From Spirochaetales bacterium (GTDB lineage Bacteria > Spirochaetota > Spirochaetia > JABMQR01): a stretch of DNA of 64,000 nt. The DNA lies in the NCBI GenBank assembly GCA_018399255.1, contig JAGYPA010000006.1, forward strand, positions 12,529 through 76,528. The letters are read 5' to 3'. Below, in pieces: positions 46,355-55,917 of this stretch. The position numbers and the translations under genes are program-made. The notes under the pieces were generated by a model that had not been told where the DNA came from, made no database searches, and saw only the letters and a program-made list of their open reading frames with translations. The stretch's first letter is position 1. Each line of letters starts with the position of its first letter.

Positions 46355-47500
46355 TCAGTCCGAAAACTGCTGCACACGATCACCGAAGGTGACCCTCTCC
46401 ACTTTCAGCCTGCCCGGCTCCCTGTTCAACCTGCCCGGCTCCCTGTCCAGCCTGCCCGGCTCCAGCCTGACCTGCAGGAAGTTGGGAAAATCTTCGGCCG
46501 CCGAATCCTCGAGCCCCATCAGCCGCGCAGGATTGGTGGTGCACAGAGGGATAACCTCTTCCAGCGGCAGGTGCAGATTGAAAACCAGATGCTCGATGCC
46601 GTGAAGCAGATCGTGCCCGGCTCCCGCAAGAAAGGGCGTTCCCGCCAGACCGATCCTGCCTGAATCGGAAATTTCCACCTCAATATCGCCCCAGCTGTAC
46701 CTCCCGGGCGAAGAACCGGCAAGCGCTGTGATATCACTTATCAGCAGCAGCTTATCCGCCGGCTTTGTCCTCAGAACAGTCCGCAGAAAGGCCTGCGGCA
46801 GATGATACCCGTCGGCAATTACGCTGGCGTAGAGGGAATCCTCGGCCAGCTGCTCCCACAGAAGATTTGGATGTCTGGGCAGCATTCCGCAGCAGCCGTT
46901 TCCCAGATGCGTCGAGATCCGAGCCCCGGCAGCAGCAGCCTCCCGGATGCAGGCCGGATCGGCGGCCGTGTGCCCGATACCGACAACAACCCCCTCGCCA
47001 GACCATTTCTCGATGCAGGCCAAAGCCCCTTTCAGCTCCGGGGCAAGGGTTATCATGGCTATCGCTCCATCTGCGGCATCCTGCCATGCGGCAAACTCTT
47101 CAGGATCCGGATTCCTGATATACGCCGGATCATGGGCTCCCCGCGGACCATCTTCCCGGGAAATATAGGGACCCTCAATATGGATACCGGGTATCGCCTC
47201 GTGCATCAGCTCCCGATTGCGTCGGGCATCAGCAAGAATCTTCAAATTGCGTTCAATCAGGGAAAAGCGGTTCGTAATGATAGTCGGCAGATGGCGCGTT
47301 GTTCCCCGCTTTGCCAGGGCTTCGACTACCTGGACCACTGACTCGACGGTAAGATTTTCGCTGCTGTAGTCTGCCCCGCTGCAGCCGTTAACCTGGAGAT
47401 CAAAGAATCCGGGGAGCGCAAAAGATGAAGATCCTGAGGACACCTCGAAAAATGACCGCTTCAGCCCGGTTTTCTGCCATGCCGTCCTACTCCGACTCAT
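46355..47500 (-). CDS. nagA: N-acetylglucosamine-6-phosphate deacetylase
   Basis: 381-aa ORF with FFDLQVNGCSGADY, IPGIHIEGPYIS and IGHTAA motifs. The C-terminal tail carries an EPGRLxR repeat. Confidence 0.88.
   Translation of the reverse strand: MSRSRTAWQKTGLKRSFFEVSSGSSSFALPGFFDLQVNGCSGADYSSENLTVESVVQVVEALAKRGTTRHLPTIITNRFSLIERNLKILADARRNRELMHEAIPGIHIEGPYISREDGPRGAHDPAYIRNPDPEEFAAWQDAADGAIAMITLAPELKGALACIEKWSGEGVVVGIGHTAADPACIREAAAAGARISTHLGNGCCGMLPRHPNLLWEQLAEDSLYASVIADGYHLPQAFLRTVLRTKPADKLLLISDITALAGSSPGRYSWGDIEVEISDSGRIGLAGTPFLAGAGHDLLHGIEHLVFNLHLPLEEVIPLCTTNPARLMGLEDSAAEDFPNFLQVRLEPGRLDREPGRLNREPGRLKVERVTFGDRVQQFSD
46409..46471 (-). repeat. in-frame 21-nt tandem repeat x3 (EPGRL[DN]R) near the nagA 3' end
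   Basis: Plus-strand CCTGCCCGGCTCCCTGTYCAR occurs three times. Confidence 0.9.
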
Positions 47501-48402
47501 CGCTTCGGCACCTTTCCGGCGGCCAGCTTCGCTTTTTCCAGCAGCTCCTGAAATCTTTCCCCATACTCGACATAGTTACCGAACCTGACATACTCGCTCG
47601 ATTCCACTGCCGAATCGTGAAATACGACAGCCATATGCGGTTCGATACTGAACGCCCCGTCATACCCGTTTTTCAGCATATCCGTGACGATCTCCAGCAC
47701 CTTACTGTCGCCATCCCCGGGAAACGTATAGGTCTCCGGAGCACCGGGAACCCCGGTCAGAGCATCCTTAATATGCACATGCACAATATGTTCTTTTACC
47801 TGCTGATAAAAATCCCAGGAATCCTGCATCGGATACGGAAAGGGTTGGCGAAAATCGGGGGTAAGCGGCGGGTTGCCGGTATCAAAAACCAGCTTCAGCC
47901 CCGGCACCTCTTCGAGCAGCCGCAGGGTATGCTCGAAGCTCATACCGCCGTAGGTATGGCAGTTCTCATGTACCGGTGTAATCCCCGCATCGAGAAAAAG
48001 GCTGCAGATTTCACGCAGCCGTCGAAATCGTTCATCTTCTTTCTGATCGGGGTGCAGCTGATTATCCTCCCCCAGCCTTACGGCATAGCTCATGATCCGC
48101 ACCAGCCGGGTATCGAGGATCTTCATCCATTCAATAACCCGTTTTGTTTTTTCCAGCGTCGGGGCATGGGGGAAATCGATAGACTCTCCCCAATTGGCAA
48201 TGGTAGAGCCGAGTGCACAGATGCGGATATGATGCCGGTCAAGGGTCCGGCGGACAGCATCCGCTTCCGATATTGCAATATCCCCGATATTCTTCCCATC
48301 GAGGCTTCGCAGTTCAATTGCCTGCCATCCCAGAGCCCTGGTTGCGGCAATCTGTCCCTCCAGATTGGCGGCTGCTTCATCGGCAAAGCCGGCTAGTATC
48401 AT
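47497..48402 (-). CDS. sugar phosphate isomerase/epimerase (xylose-isomerase-like TIM barrel)
   Basis: 301-aa ORF with AP_endonuc_2-type pattern (HENCHTYGG, HVHIKDA). It overlaps nagA by 4 nt. Confidence 0.8.
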   Translation of the reverse strand: MILAGFADEAAANLEGQIAATRALGWQAIELRSLDGKNIGDIAISEADAVRRTLDRHHIRICALGSTIANWGESIDFPHAPTLEKTKRVIEWMKILDTRLVRIMSYAVRLGEDNQLHPDQKEDERFRRLREICSLFLDAGITPVHENCHTYGGMSFEHTLRLLEEVPGLKLVFDTGNPPLTPDFRQPFPYPMQDSWDFYQQVKEHIVHVHIKDALTGVPGAPETYTFPGDGDSKVLEIVTDMLKNGYDGAFSIEPHMAVVFHDSAVESSEYVRFGNYVEYGERFQELLEKAKLAAGKVPKR

Positions 48403-48417
48403 GGCAAATTCCTCCTG

Positions 48418-49476
48418 TTATTCGAGCGGCAGCGCGACCGGCCGGTGTTCAGCGGCACTTTTGTAGATTCCCTGAATTATTTCGACCGCCTTGCGCGCCT
48501 CACTGCCGCTCACCAGCAGCGGTTCGCCGTCCCGTATTGCCCGGATCATATTGGAAAACTGATACTGATGCCCATGAAACCCGATAGCTGTCGGGTCGGA
48601 AGCTCCGCCGCCGGTCCGGGTTTTCCGGGAAAAAGCCTGGCGTATCTGGTCATCATCATCCTGCGCATCCGCAAAATCCCACACCAGAATATCCTCTTCC
48701 TCCATAATAACGGTACCGCGGGATCCTGAGATTTCCAATCTTTTCAGGAAGCCCGGATAGGCGCCGGTGCTTCCCTCGATCACCCCCAGCGCTCCGCCGG
48801 CAAACCGCAGGACAGCGGCAGCCGTATCCTCAACCTCCATCCGTTCATGGGCCAGCGTGCCGGTAAACGAAAGCACTTCGCTAACCGGACCGACAAACCA
48901 CTGCAGCAGATCTACGGCATGAATAGACTGGTTCATCAGCGCCCCGCCGCCGTCCAGCGCCCAGGTACCTTTCCATACGCTGGAATCGTAATATTCCTGG
49001 GTCCGATACCACTTGACGTAGGCATCTGCCAGGACGATGTTCCCGAACCGGCCGGCATCCACCGCATGCTTGACCACCTGGGAGACCGCATGAAACCGTG
49101 AGGGGAAAATCCCCGAAAGCAGCACCCCGTTCTCACGGGCAGCGGCTATTATCCGGTCGCACCGCTCTACGGTAATCTCCAGGGGCTTTTCCACAATCAG
49201 ATGCTTACCCGCCGCCGCTGCCGGCAGGGCGCTGTCCAGATGCAGCCCCGAAGGCGTGCATATCGTAACAATTTCGAGTCCCGGATGGGCCAGAAACGCA
49301 TCAAGTTCCGTATAGGGGGTACACCCGTGCCGGGAGCTGAATTCTGCAACCCGCTCCGCACTGATATCATAGCAGGCAGCGACGCAGCCGTCATCCAGCT
49401 CCTCAATTGCCCGGGCATGCATTTCGGCAATCATTCCCAACCCGATAATCCCAAAATTTGCAGTCATATCAGTCAT
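48418..49476 (-). CDS. Gfo/Idh/MocA-family NAD(P)-dependent oxidoreductase
   Basis: 352-aa ORF with the Rossmann N-terminus NFGIIGLGMIAEMHARAI and the EKPL motif (HLIVEKPLEITVE). Confidence 0.88.
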   Translation of the reverse strand: MTDMTANFGIIGLGMIAEMHARAIEELDDGCVAACYDISAERVAEFSSRHGCTPYTELDAFLAHPGLEIVTICTPSGLHLDSALPAAAAGKHLIVEKPLEITVERCDRIIAAARENGVLLSGIFPSRFHAVSQVVKHAVDAGRFGNIVLADAYVKWYRTQEYYDSSVWKGTWALDGGGALMNQSIHAVDLLQWFVGPVSEVLSFTGTLAHERMEVEDTAAAVLRFAGGALGVIEGSTGAYPGFLKRLEISGSRGTVIMEEEDILVWDFADAQDDDDQIRQAFSRKTRTGGGASDPTAIGFHGHQYQFSNMIRAIRDGEPLLVSGSEARKAVEIIQGIYKSAAEHRPVALPLE

Positions 49477-49552
49477 CCTCTTATTGTGAATCTGTCTTTG
49501 CAGCCTACTGTTCAGCTCATAGCTCAGCCTATAGTTCAGCTCATTGCTAAAC

Positions 49553-50530
49553 TCATTGCTCAGCCTCCAATCCTTTCATAAAAGAAACAAAGGCAGCCGC
49601 ATGGCGATCCAGATTCTCCTCTGAGCCGCCGCCGGTAAGGGGAGAACACATCTCGTATACAGCCCAACCGGTAAAACCGCCCTCCTTTAGCGCTGAAAAA
49701 AACTGCCGGTAGTCAATCTCACCGGAATTTATGGTAGTCGCCCGGACACTGTCAGGATAGACGCGGGAGTAGTTGACCTGATCAGGATGATACTGATACC
49801 GAGGATATTTCCGATAGTTTGCCGCGATGCTCATGAGCGTCTTCGGTGCCATCCGGGCTGCTCCGGCTGCAATATCCTCACCCCTGAGATAGGGCGACCA
49901 GGCATCGTATCCGGCCCCTACCTGCGGGTGGCCGACCTCATCGAGCAGCAGCTCCATCTCCTCTGTTCCCACGGCAATATCGTGATGGTTCTGCACTGCA
50001 ATCCGCACACCGTACTCCCGCGCAGCATCGCCGCACTCCCGCAGAGCAGTCACAACAGTATTCCAGGCCGCCTGTTCTCCAGTGTCGGGATAGCGATACC
50101 CGGTAAATATCCGGACAATCTCTCCGCCCAGGCGGGAGGCTATCCGGCAGCAGGCTCTGATATAGCCTAGCTGGAAATCACGCACCGGGATTTCCCCCGG
50201 AGCAGGCAGGGTAAAATCGGTATAGGCTGCCAGACCTGCCGCTGTAAGTCCCGTCTCCTTCAGGGCGGCTTCAATCGACTGCAGCTCTTTTTCGGTAACG
50301 AGAAGCGGGTCGAGATGGGGCCGTTTAGCCATAAACAGAATACCGTCATACCCCAACTTTGCGGCCTTATAGATGCACCCTGCGGCATCGAGCCGGTGCT
50401 GCCCCCAGAATCCGGCATAACTGACCGAAAACAGGGCTGTTCTCATCCGCTGCTGCCGCGTTTTTATCTGCTCTGTCGAACTTTTATTCTTCATAGCTTT
50501 TTTCCGCTCCGTCGATTGTTCCTGCGCCAT
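49553..50530 (-). CDS. sugar phosphate isomerase/epimerase (TIM barrel)
   Basis: 325-aa ORF. A TAATG stop/start overlap with tctA supports the first Met. The pattern includes RIAVQNHHD. Confidence 0.8.
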   Translation of the reverse strand: MAQEQSTERKKAMKNKSSTEQIKTRQQRMRTALFSVSYAGFWGQHRLDAAGCIYKAAKLGYDGILFMAKRPHLDPLLVTEKELQSIEAALKETGLTAAGLAAYTDFTLPAPGEIPVRDFQLGYIRACCRIASRLGGEIVRIFTGYRYPDTGEQAAWNTVVTALRECGDAAREYGVRIAVQNHHDIAVGTEEMELLLDEVGHPQVGAGYDAWSPYLRGEDIAAGAARMAPKTLMSIAANYRKYPRYQYHPDQVNYSRVYPDSVRATTINSGEIDYRQFFSALKEGGFTGWAVYEMCSPLTGGGSEENLDRHAAAFVSFMKGLEAEQ

Positions 50531-52071
50531 TACTTTTTCCGGCCCAATCGATTCGTAATCCCGGATCGTAATGCCCGCAGGGGAGCAAATACCAGCTGCA
50601 GAGACCAGCGCACCGGCTTTGAACGGCCGAAGAGGGTGAAAAATACGGCAATAATCAGCAGGATGGAAATAGTAGATCCGAAAAAGGGGGCGAAACTGCC
50701 CTCCGAGAGAATCAGCCCGCGCCTGAGGTTCTCGTCAACCATGGGTCCCAGGATGATGCCCAGCACCAGCGGAGCTTCCGGAAAACCCAGCTTGCGCATC
50801 GCAAAACCGAGAAGGCCGAAACAGATCATGACCAGAATATCGAACAGTCGACCTGCTATAGCATAGGTTCCCACCATGCAGAGAACAAAAACGATCGGCA
50901 TGAGGATAGATTTCTTAATCCTGAGAATTGTAAGCATCGGCTTTACAATGGCTATGCCGAGAATAAACATGGCGATGGTGGCCAGTCCGAACATGGCACT
51001 GAAACTGTAGATATAGAGCGGCTGCTCGATCATCAGCAGCGGCCCCGGCCTGACATTGTGGAGAAACAGGGCGGCCAGCAGGACGGCGGCGGGAGGGCTT
51101 CCGGGGATAGCCAGCGAAAGAACGGGCACCAGGGCTCCTCCGACAACCGCATTATTGGCAGTCTCAGATGCTATAAGCCCTTCGATAGACCCTTTTCCGA
51201 ATTTTTCCGGCTCCTTGCTGGCCCGTTTGGCAAAATCGTAGGCCACATAGGACCCGATATTCTCCCCGACTCCGGGAATAATGCCGACAAGAACGCCGAT
51301 CAGCCCCGAACGGACGATATTCACCCAGTTTTTAAGAATATCCTTGATCCGCGGGAGCACCCGCCCGACCTGGGCAACGACGGTGGGCGTACTCACATCC
51401 GAAAGGTTGTCGAGAATCTCCACCAGGGCATAGGTTCCCACCAATACGGGAATAATACTGAAGCCTGCCATCAGGTCGGTAACCCCGAAGGTAAAGCGCC
51501 GGTAGCCTTGAATGGCCTCCATTCCCACAAAGGAGAGAATGATTCCCAGAATGCCCGAAACCCACCCCTTGAGGGGATCCTTGGCAGCAGTGAGATTGCC
51601 GCAGATAGCCACGCCGAAAATGGCCAGCCAGAAAACCTCGTACGATTTAAATTCCAGCGCCATATTGGCCAGCAGGGGGGTAAGAAATGCCAGAGCTACC
51701 AATCCGACCATCGACCCGAGAAACGATGAGGTGGTCGCGAGCCCCAGGGCTTCAGCCGCCTTTCCGGTCCGTGAGAGCGGGTACCCGTCAAGACAGGTCG
51801 CAGCACTGGCCGGTGTGCCCGGTATATTCAGCAGAACCGCCGTCCGGCTCCCTCCGTAGATAGCTCCCACGTAGATTCCGATAAGCACCATGATGGCATT
51901 CCCCGGATCCCATTTGAAGGTGAGCGCAGTAAGGATGGCTATCCCCACCGTGGCCGTCAATCCCGGCAGCATACCGAATATAATGCCCAGCTGCACGGCG
52001 ACAAAACAGTAGAGTAGATTTGACAATGTCATAAGTTCGGCAAAAGCCTGAAATAAGTAGACTAAGCCCAA
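50530..52071 (-). CDS. tctA: tripartite tricarboxylate transporter, large permease
   Basis: 513-aa polytopic ORF of TctA-family character (GLTATVGIAILTALTF, GVLVGIIPGVGENIGSYVAY). Confidence 0.88.
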   Translation of the reverse strand: MGLVYLFQAFAELMTLSNLLYCFVAVQLGIIFGMLPGLTATVGIAILTALTFKWDPGNAIMVLIGIYVGAIYGGSRTAVLLNIPGTPASAATCLDGYPLSRTGKAAEALGLATTSSFLGSMVGLVALAFLTPLLANMALEFKSYEVFWLAIFGVAICGNLTAAKDPLKGWVSGILGIILSFVGMEAIQGYRRFTFGVTDLMAGFSIIPVLVGTYALVEILDNLSDVSTPTVVAQVGRVLPRIKDILKNWVNIVRSGLIGVLVGIIPGVGENIGSYVAYDFAKRASKEPEKFGKGSIEGLIASETANNAVVGGALVPVLSLAIPGSPPAAVLLAALFLHNVRPGPLLMIEQPLYIYSFSAMFGLATIAMFILGIAIVKPMLTILRIKKSILMPIVFVLCMVGTYAIAGRLFDILVMICFGLLGFAMRKLGFPEAPLVLGIILGPMVDENLRRGLILSEGSFAPFFGSTISILLIIAVFFTLFGRSKPVRWSLQLVFAPLRALRSGITNRLGRKK

Positions 52072-52105
52072 GGGACACCTCTCATAGTATCGACTTCCCC
52101 GGTCA

Positions 52106-52588
52106 TCAGGGAAGCGGGATTAGAAACAGATAGTTAAAGCTGTACCAGATCAGTCCGGCAGTGACGACGGATATGATCAGACTCTTCCACCAGGCGGTGC
52201 TGTGGAAATAAAACATGTTGAGAAACAGATACAGCGCGCTTATCAGGACAAAATGGACTCTTCCCATCAGCACATAGTAGAGCAGAACAAACCCCAGCGT
52301 GGCCGAAAAATTGTAAAAGGGTTTTGAGGTGATAAACCTGACAGTCTGCTCTCTTGTAATCCTGATCGCATACCCGCGGACGGCAATACTCCGGATAAAC
52401 AGAATAATTCCGCACATGAGCAGCAGACTGGAAAAGATGATGGGTGCTATTGAGGGGGTGGCATACATCCCCCACTCGACATACTTCGGCATGGCAAGGG
52501 ACAAGCCCAGAATTACCAGGCTGAGGCCGATCAGGAAGATCGATGTAAGGAAATCCGGCTTTGCCGTTTCCTTGTGGTTTTCTTTCAT
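52106..52588 (-). CDS. tctB: tripartite tricarboxylate transporter, small permease
   Basis: 160-aa ORF with 4 TM helices, positioned between tctC and tctA. Confidence 0.8.
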   Translation of the reverse strand: MKENHKETAKPDFLTSIFLIGLSLVILGLSLAMPKYVEWGMYATPSIAPIIFSSLLLMCGIILFIRSIAVRGYAIRITREQTVRFITSKPFYNFSATLGFVLLYYVLMGRVHFVLISALYLFLNMFYFHSTAWWKSLIISVVTAGLIWYSFNYLFLIPLP

Positions 52589-52680
52589 ATGGGTTCTTCC
52601 TTTATCAATGGGGTCAGGGGGAATTTCCTCATTATATTAGAAATTCCCCCATCAGCGATTACACTGCGAAACGGCCTGTA

Positions 52681-53697
52681 CTACGGACGATCGATCCCCA
52701 AGGTTTCCGGGTTCACGCTGGCTACTCCGCCTTCATACATCAGCCAGCCGAACATTGAAGCAGCCTGCTCCATAATGGCATCTGCCTCTTCGCCCTGAAT
52801 CGATACGGCAACGCTGCCTTTCAGCTCGGCAAACTCTCGTACCTTGTCGGTCTGGGAAGCTGCTGTGAAGGCTGCAGAAATGGCTTCCTGAGCATCAGCC
52901 GGGATATCTTTGGGGATAAAAAGCCCGAAATTGAAGCCAACGCTCGGGAACCCGGATGCGAAATCGGTGATTGCCGGGATTTCATCGACGCCGGTAATTT
53001 TCAGGGGAACACTGTCCAGAACGGCTATAGCCCGCAGCCTGCCGGCTCTGAGCATATCGGCAACTTCCATCGAAAGCTGCATAACCACTTCTGTCTCTCC
53101 GGCAACCGTAGCAACTACTGCAGGGTTTCCGCCGCCGTAGGGTACGTGGTTATAGGTTACGTCCATCTGCGAAGCGAAGGTTTCCGCGGCAATGTGTCCG
53201 CCGGCTCCGATTCCGGCACTGGCAACCTTGACCCTGCGGCTTTTGAAAGCTGCCATGAGCGAATCCCAGTCGGTTATGTCTGAATCGGGATTAACGGTGA
53301 TGACGCACGGGGTGAAGATGGCAAAATAGGCGTTCCAGTCCCGATGGGAAATATCGGGGGTGAGATCCTGCACCTGGTAAGTTGCCACGCTCGCATCGGC
53401 ATTGGCTGCCCAGGTATACCCGTCATGGTCGGCATCAAAGGCGGATTTCTGACCGGTAGCGCCGGAAGCTCCCGGCTGGTTCACCACGGCGATTTTGGCT
53501 CCGAGAATAGGTTCCATACCAGCGGCAACTATGCGCCCGGTCTGATCCGATGCTCCGCCGGCGCCCCAGGGCACTATCATCGTAATGGTTTTGCTCGGTT
53601 TCCATCCCGCTTCGGCAGTTTCCTGTTCGGCAGCCGCAAAAAGCGTTCCAGTCATCAGCAAGCTGAGGACAAGTAGAGATACCAGTAATTTCTTCAT
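52681..53697 (-). CDS. tctC: tripartite tricarboxylate transporter substrate-binding protein (Bug family)
   Basis: Track ORF 52681-53748. The start is set at ATG 53697 with AAAGGAGGAA upstream, giving the signal peptide MKKLLVSLLVLSLLMTGTLFA. Bug/TctC-like block: ITMIVPWGAGGASD. Confidence 0.85.
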   Translation of the reverse strand: MKKLLVSLLVLSLLMTGTLFAAAEQETAEAGWKPSKTITMIVPWGAGGASDQTGRIVAAGMEPILGAKIAVVNQPGASGATGQKSAFDADHDGYTWAANADASVATYQVQDLTPDISHRDWNAYFAIFTPCVITVNPDSDITDWDSLMAAFKSRRVKVASAGIGAGGHIAAETFASQMDVTYNHVPYGGGNPAVVATVAGETEVVMQLSMEVADMLRAGRLRAIAVLDSVPLKITGVDEIPAITDFASGFPSVGFNFGLFIPKDIPADAQEAISAAFTAASQTDKVREFAELKGSVAVSIQGEEADAIMEQAASMFGWLMYEGGVASVNPETLGIDRP

Positions 53698-53792
53698 TAC
53701 TTCCTCCTTTTTTCTTTCTCTGCTATGCAGAGTTTTTACAATAAACAATCCCTGCTGTCAGAAGCTCTTCTCAGCCTCGTCTGCAGACACTG

Positions 53793-54623
53793 CTATAACA
53801 CCATATTGAGAAAAGCAGCCGTCTCCCTGACAACGGCTTCCGGGTCTTCGGGAACGGTGAAAATCTCCAGCGACACCCATCCGGTGTACGGTATATTTTT
53901 CAATGCGGCAAAGGCTGGCTGATAGGTCTGCACATCATTCCGAACAGGGTGCGTACCGTCAGTGCGGTTGAGGTGGACATGCCGGATAATGCTGCTGTAC
54001 TGTTCTATCAGTTCAGGCCAGGGCAGGGTCTCGTCAGCACAGTTGTGAAAATCGAACATGCCCTGAATAGCCGGATGATCAATCTGCCGGATAAGCGTTT
54101 CAGCTTCCGCAAGGGTATTGAGAATATTGGTGTCAGTATGTGAGAGCGCTTCAATGCAGATAACCGACTGATTCTGCATTGCTGTATCCGCAAGCCCTGC
54201 CAGACCCTGGATAAAGTATGCCATTCCGTCTTCAACAGGGATTCCCTTAGCTGACCGCTGGGCGGGTGAGCCGAATATCAGATTTCCTCCTCCCAGGTCC
54301 CCGGAGATATAGAGAAGATCACGGATGCGCCCGACCGCCTGCTTTCGCACCTCCGGATCTGCTGATGTAAAGTGGAGTCCGGAAGGTCGGGCCAGCAGCC
54401 AGTGGAAACCGGCAAATTCCAAGTGGTGGGCCTCGAGGGTTTTTCTTACGCTGTCAACCTGGGCAGGGCTGATCGATCCCGTCGGCTGCGCAATGGTATA
54501 GGGGGCCAGCTCAACACCGTCAAATCCGTTTTCTTTCAGCATTGTGCAGACCCGGGCAAAGTCGAGACTGCCAAAGAGTTCATTGCAGACAGATTTTTTC
54601 ACCGTACGCATCCTGCTGCTCAT
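53793..54623 (-). CDS. sugar phosphate isomerase/epimerase (TIM barrel)
   Basis: 276-aa ORF with xylose-isomerase-like TIM-barrel pattern (GFDGVELAP, ICIEALSH, HVHLNR). Confidence 0.8.
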   Translation of the reverse strand: MSSRMRTVKKSVCNELFGSLDFARVCTMLKENGFDGVELAPYTIAQPTGSISPAQVDSVRKTLEAHHLEFAGFHWLLARPSGLHFTSADPEVRKQAVGRIRDLLYISGDLGGGNLIFGSPAQRSAKGIPVEDGMAYFIQGLAGLADTAMQNQSVICIEALSHTDTNILNTLAEAETLIRQIDHPAIQGMFDFHNCADETLPWPELIEQYSSIIRHVHLNRTDGTHPVRNDVQTYQPAFAALKNIPYTGWVSLEIFTVPEDPEAVVRETAAFLNMVL

Positions 54624-54693
54624 TTTCTCCGCTCCTTTGCTGGTAATCCTGCCAAACGGGGACTTCTAAAATGCTCCTGCTGTCAGGTTCCTG

Positions 54694-55902
54694 CTAATAG
54701 GTTCCATATTCCCTTATGGTCCTGAACAAGGCCACGACATTCTCCAGGGGAACATCAGCCTGAATATTGTGTACGGCAGCGGCGACAAACCCGCCTCCGG
54801 GGGCCATGATATCCAGCACGCGCTTCACTTCATCCTCAACCTCTGTCACCGTCCCCCCGGGCAGGATCTTCGTGGTATCGATGCATCCGCCCCAGAATAC
54901 GATATCTTTACCGAAATCTTTTTTGAGATTCTTCAATTCCATGCCTGCCGCTATATACTGCACGGGATTGAGAATATCGACACCCGCCTCTATGAAGTCC
55001 GGAATAAGGGTGCGTACAGCTCCGCAGCTGTGAAAACTTACCTTTGCCAGCGGAAAGCGCTTTTTGATGTGCCTGATAAGCCGTTCAAGACGGGGCAGGT
55101 AGATGGTGCGGATGAGCTTGGGATCGATCAGCAGTGAGGCTTCGGTACCGAAATCATCAGCTTCGGTTATCGTTATTTCAAAATTGACGCCGGGGATGCC
55201 GGTGTTTCCGGTTCCTGCGGCTGCGGTTTCCTGAGAGACAGCTTCATACACCTGATCCCAATAGTTCATTTTATATTCCAGGAAGCTTTCGGCTAGCTGC
55301 TCGACGGCGTTCGGCTCGCTGTAAAGGTCCATAAAGAACTCTTCCATGCCTCTCAAACGCTGCGACATTTCGAACATTCCGGCGCAGTCGCGGTCGAAGA
55401 CGGGGTAATACTGTCCAGCGGCTTCAATTCCCGCTTTCACATACCGGGAAATGTGCTCGCCGTCAGCTTCGGGAAAATGGTAGGAATCCAATGCATCCCT
55501 CAGGGACTCTCCCTTCAGCGGCACGGTGGCCTGGCTGAAATACCAATCTCCCTCACGGTGGCGCCAGGTTATCGACCACTGGTCCTGCACTTCGGCATCA
55601 GTCGAGAAATACTCCCAGGGTCTCTCGGGGTTGATAAATTTATCTGTCTGTCGAAAGGGGATCCGGTCCGGACCGATCCTTATGGTATCGATTCCCAGCT
55701 CCCGGCGAAGTTCCGGCGGCGGGGTTCCGATGCCCTGGATGCAGTCGGGTGATGAGAATCTGTCAGGAAGTGTATAATAATCGAGCACCTGCTTTAAAAG
55801 CACCGATGATATGGAGGTTACACTGGTTCCTCCCAGATCAATGGGTACCCGATCCGGTTCGGCGTGACCCAAGGTCAGGCTTATCCGCTCATTACTTTCC
55901 AT
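54694..55902 (-). CDS. URO-D (uroporphyrinogen decarboxylase/MtaA-like) family protein, intact
   Basis: 402-aa ORF. The N-terminus reads ERISLTLGHAEPDRVPIDLGG and the C-terminus reads GGTVTEVEDEVKRVLDIMAPGGGFVAAAVHNIQADVPLENVVALFRTIREYG, typical of the family. Confidence 0.8.
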   Translation of the reverse strand: MESNERISLTLGHAEPDRVPIDLGGTSVTSISSVLLKQVLDYYTLPDRFSSPDCIQGIGTPPPELRRELGIDTIRIGPDRIPFRQTDKFINPERPWEYFSTDAEVQDQWSITWRHREGDWYFSQATVPLKGESLRDALDSYHFPEADGEHISRYVKAGIEAAGQYYPVFDRDCAGMFEMSQRLRGMEEFFMDLYSEPNAVEQLAESFLEYKMNYWDQVYEAVSQETAAAGTGNTGIPGVNFEITITEADDFGTEASLLIDPKLIRTIYLPRLERLIRHIKKRFPLAKVSFHSCGAVRTLIPDFIEAGVDILNPVQYIAAGMELKNLKKDFGKDIVFWGGCIDTTKILPGGTVTEVEDEVKRVLDIMAPGGGFVAAAVHNIQADVPLENVVALFRTIREYGTY

Positions 55903-55917
55903 CTCATCCTCGCATTG

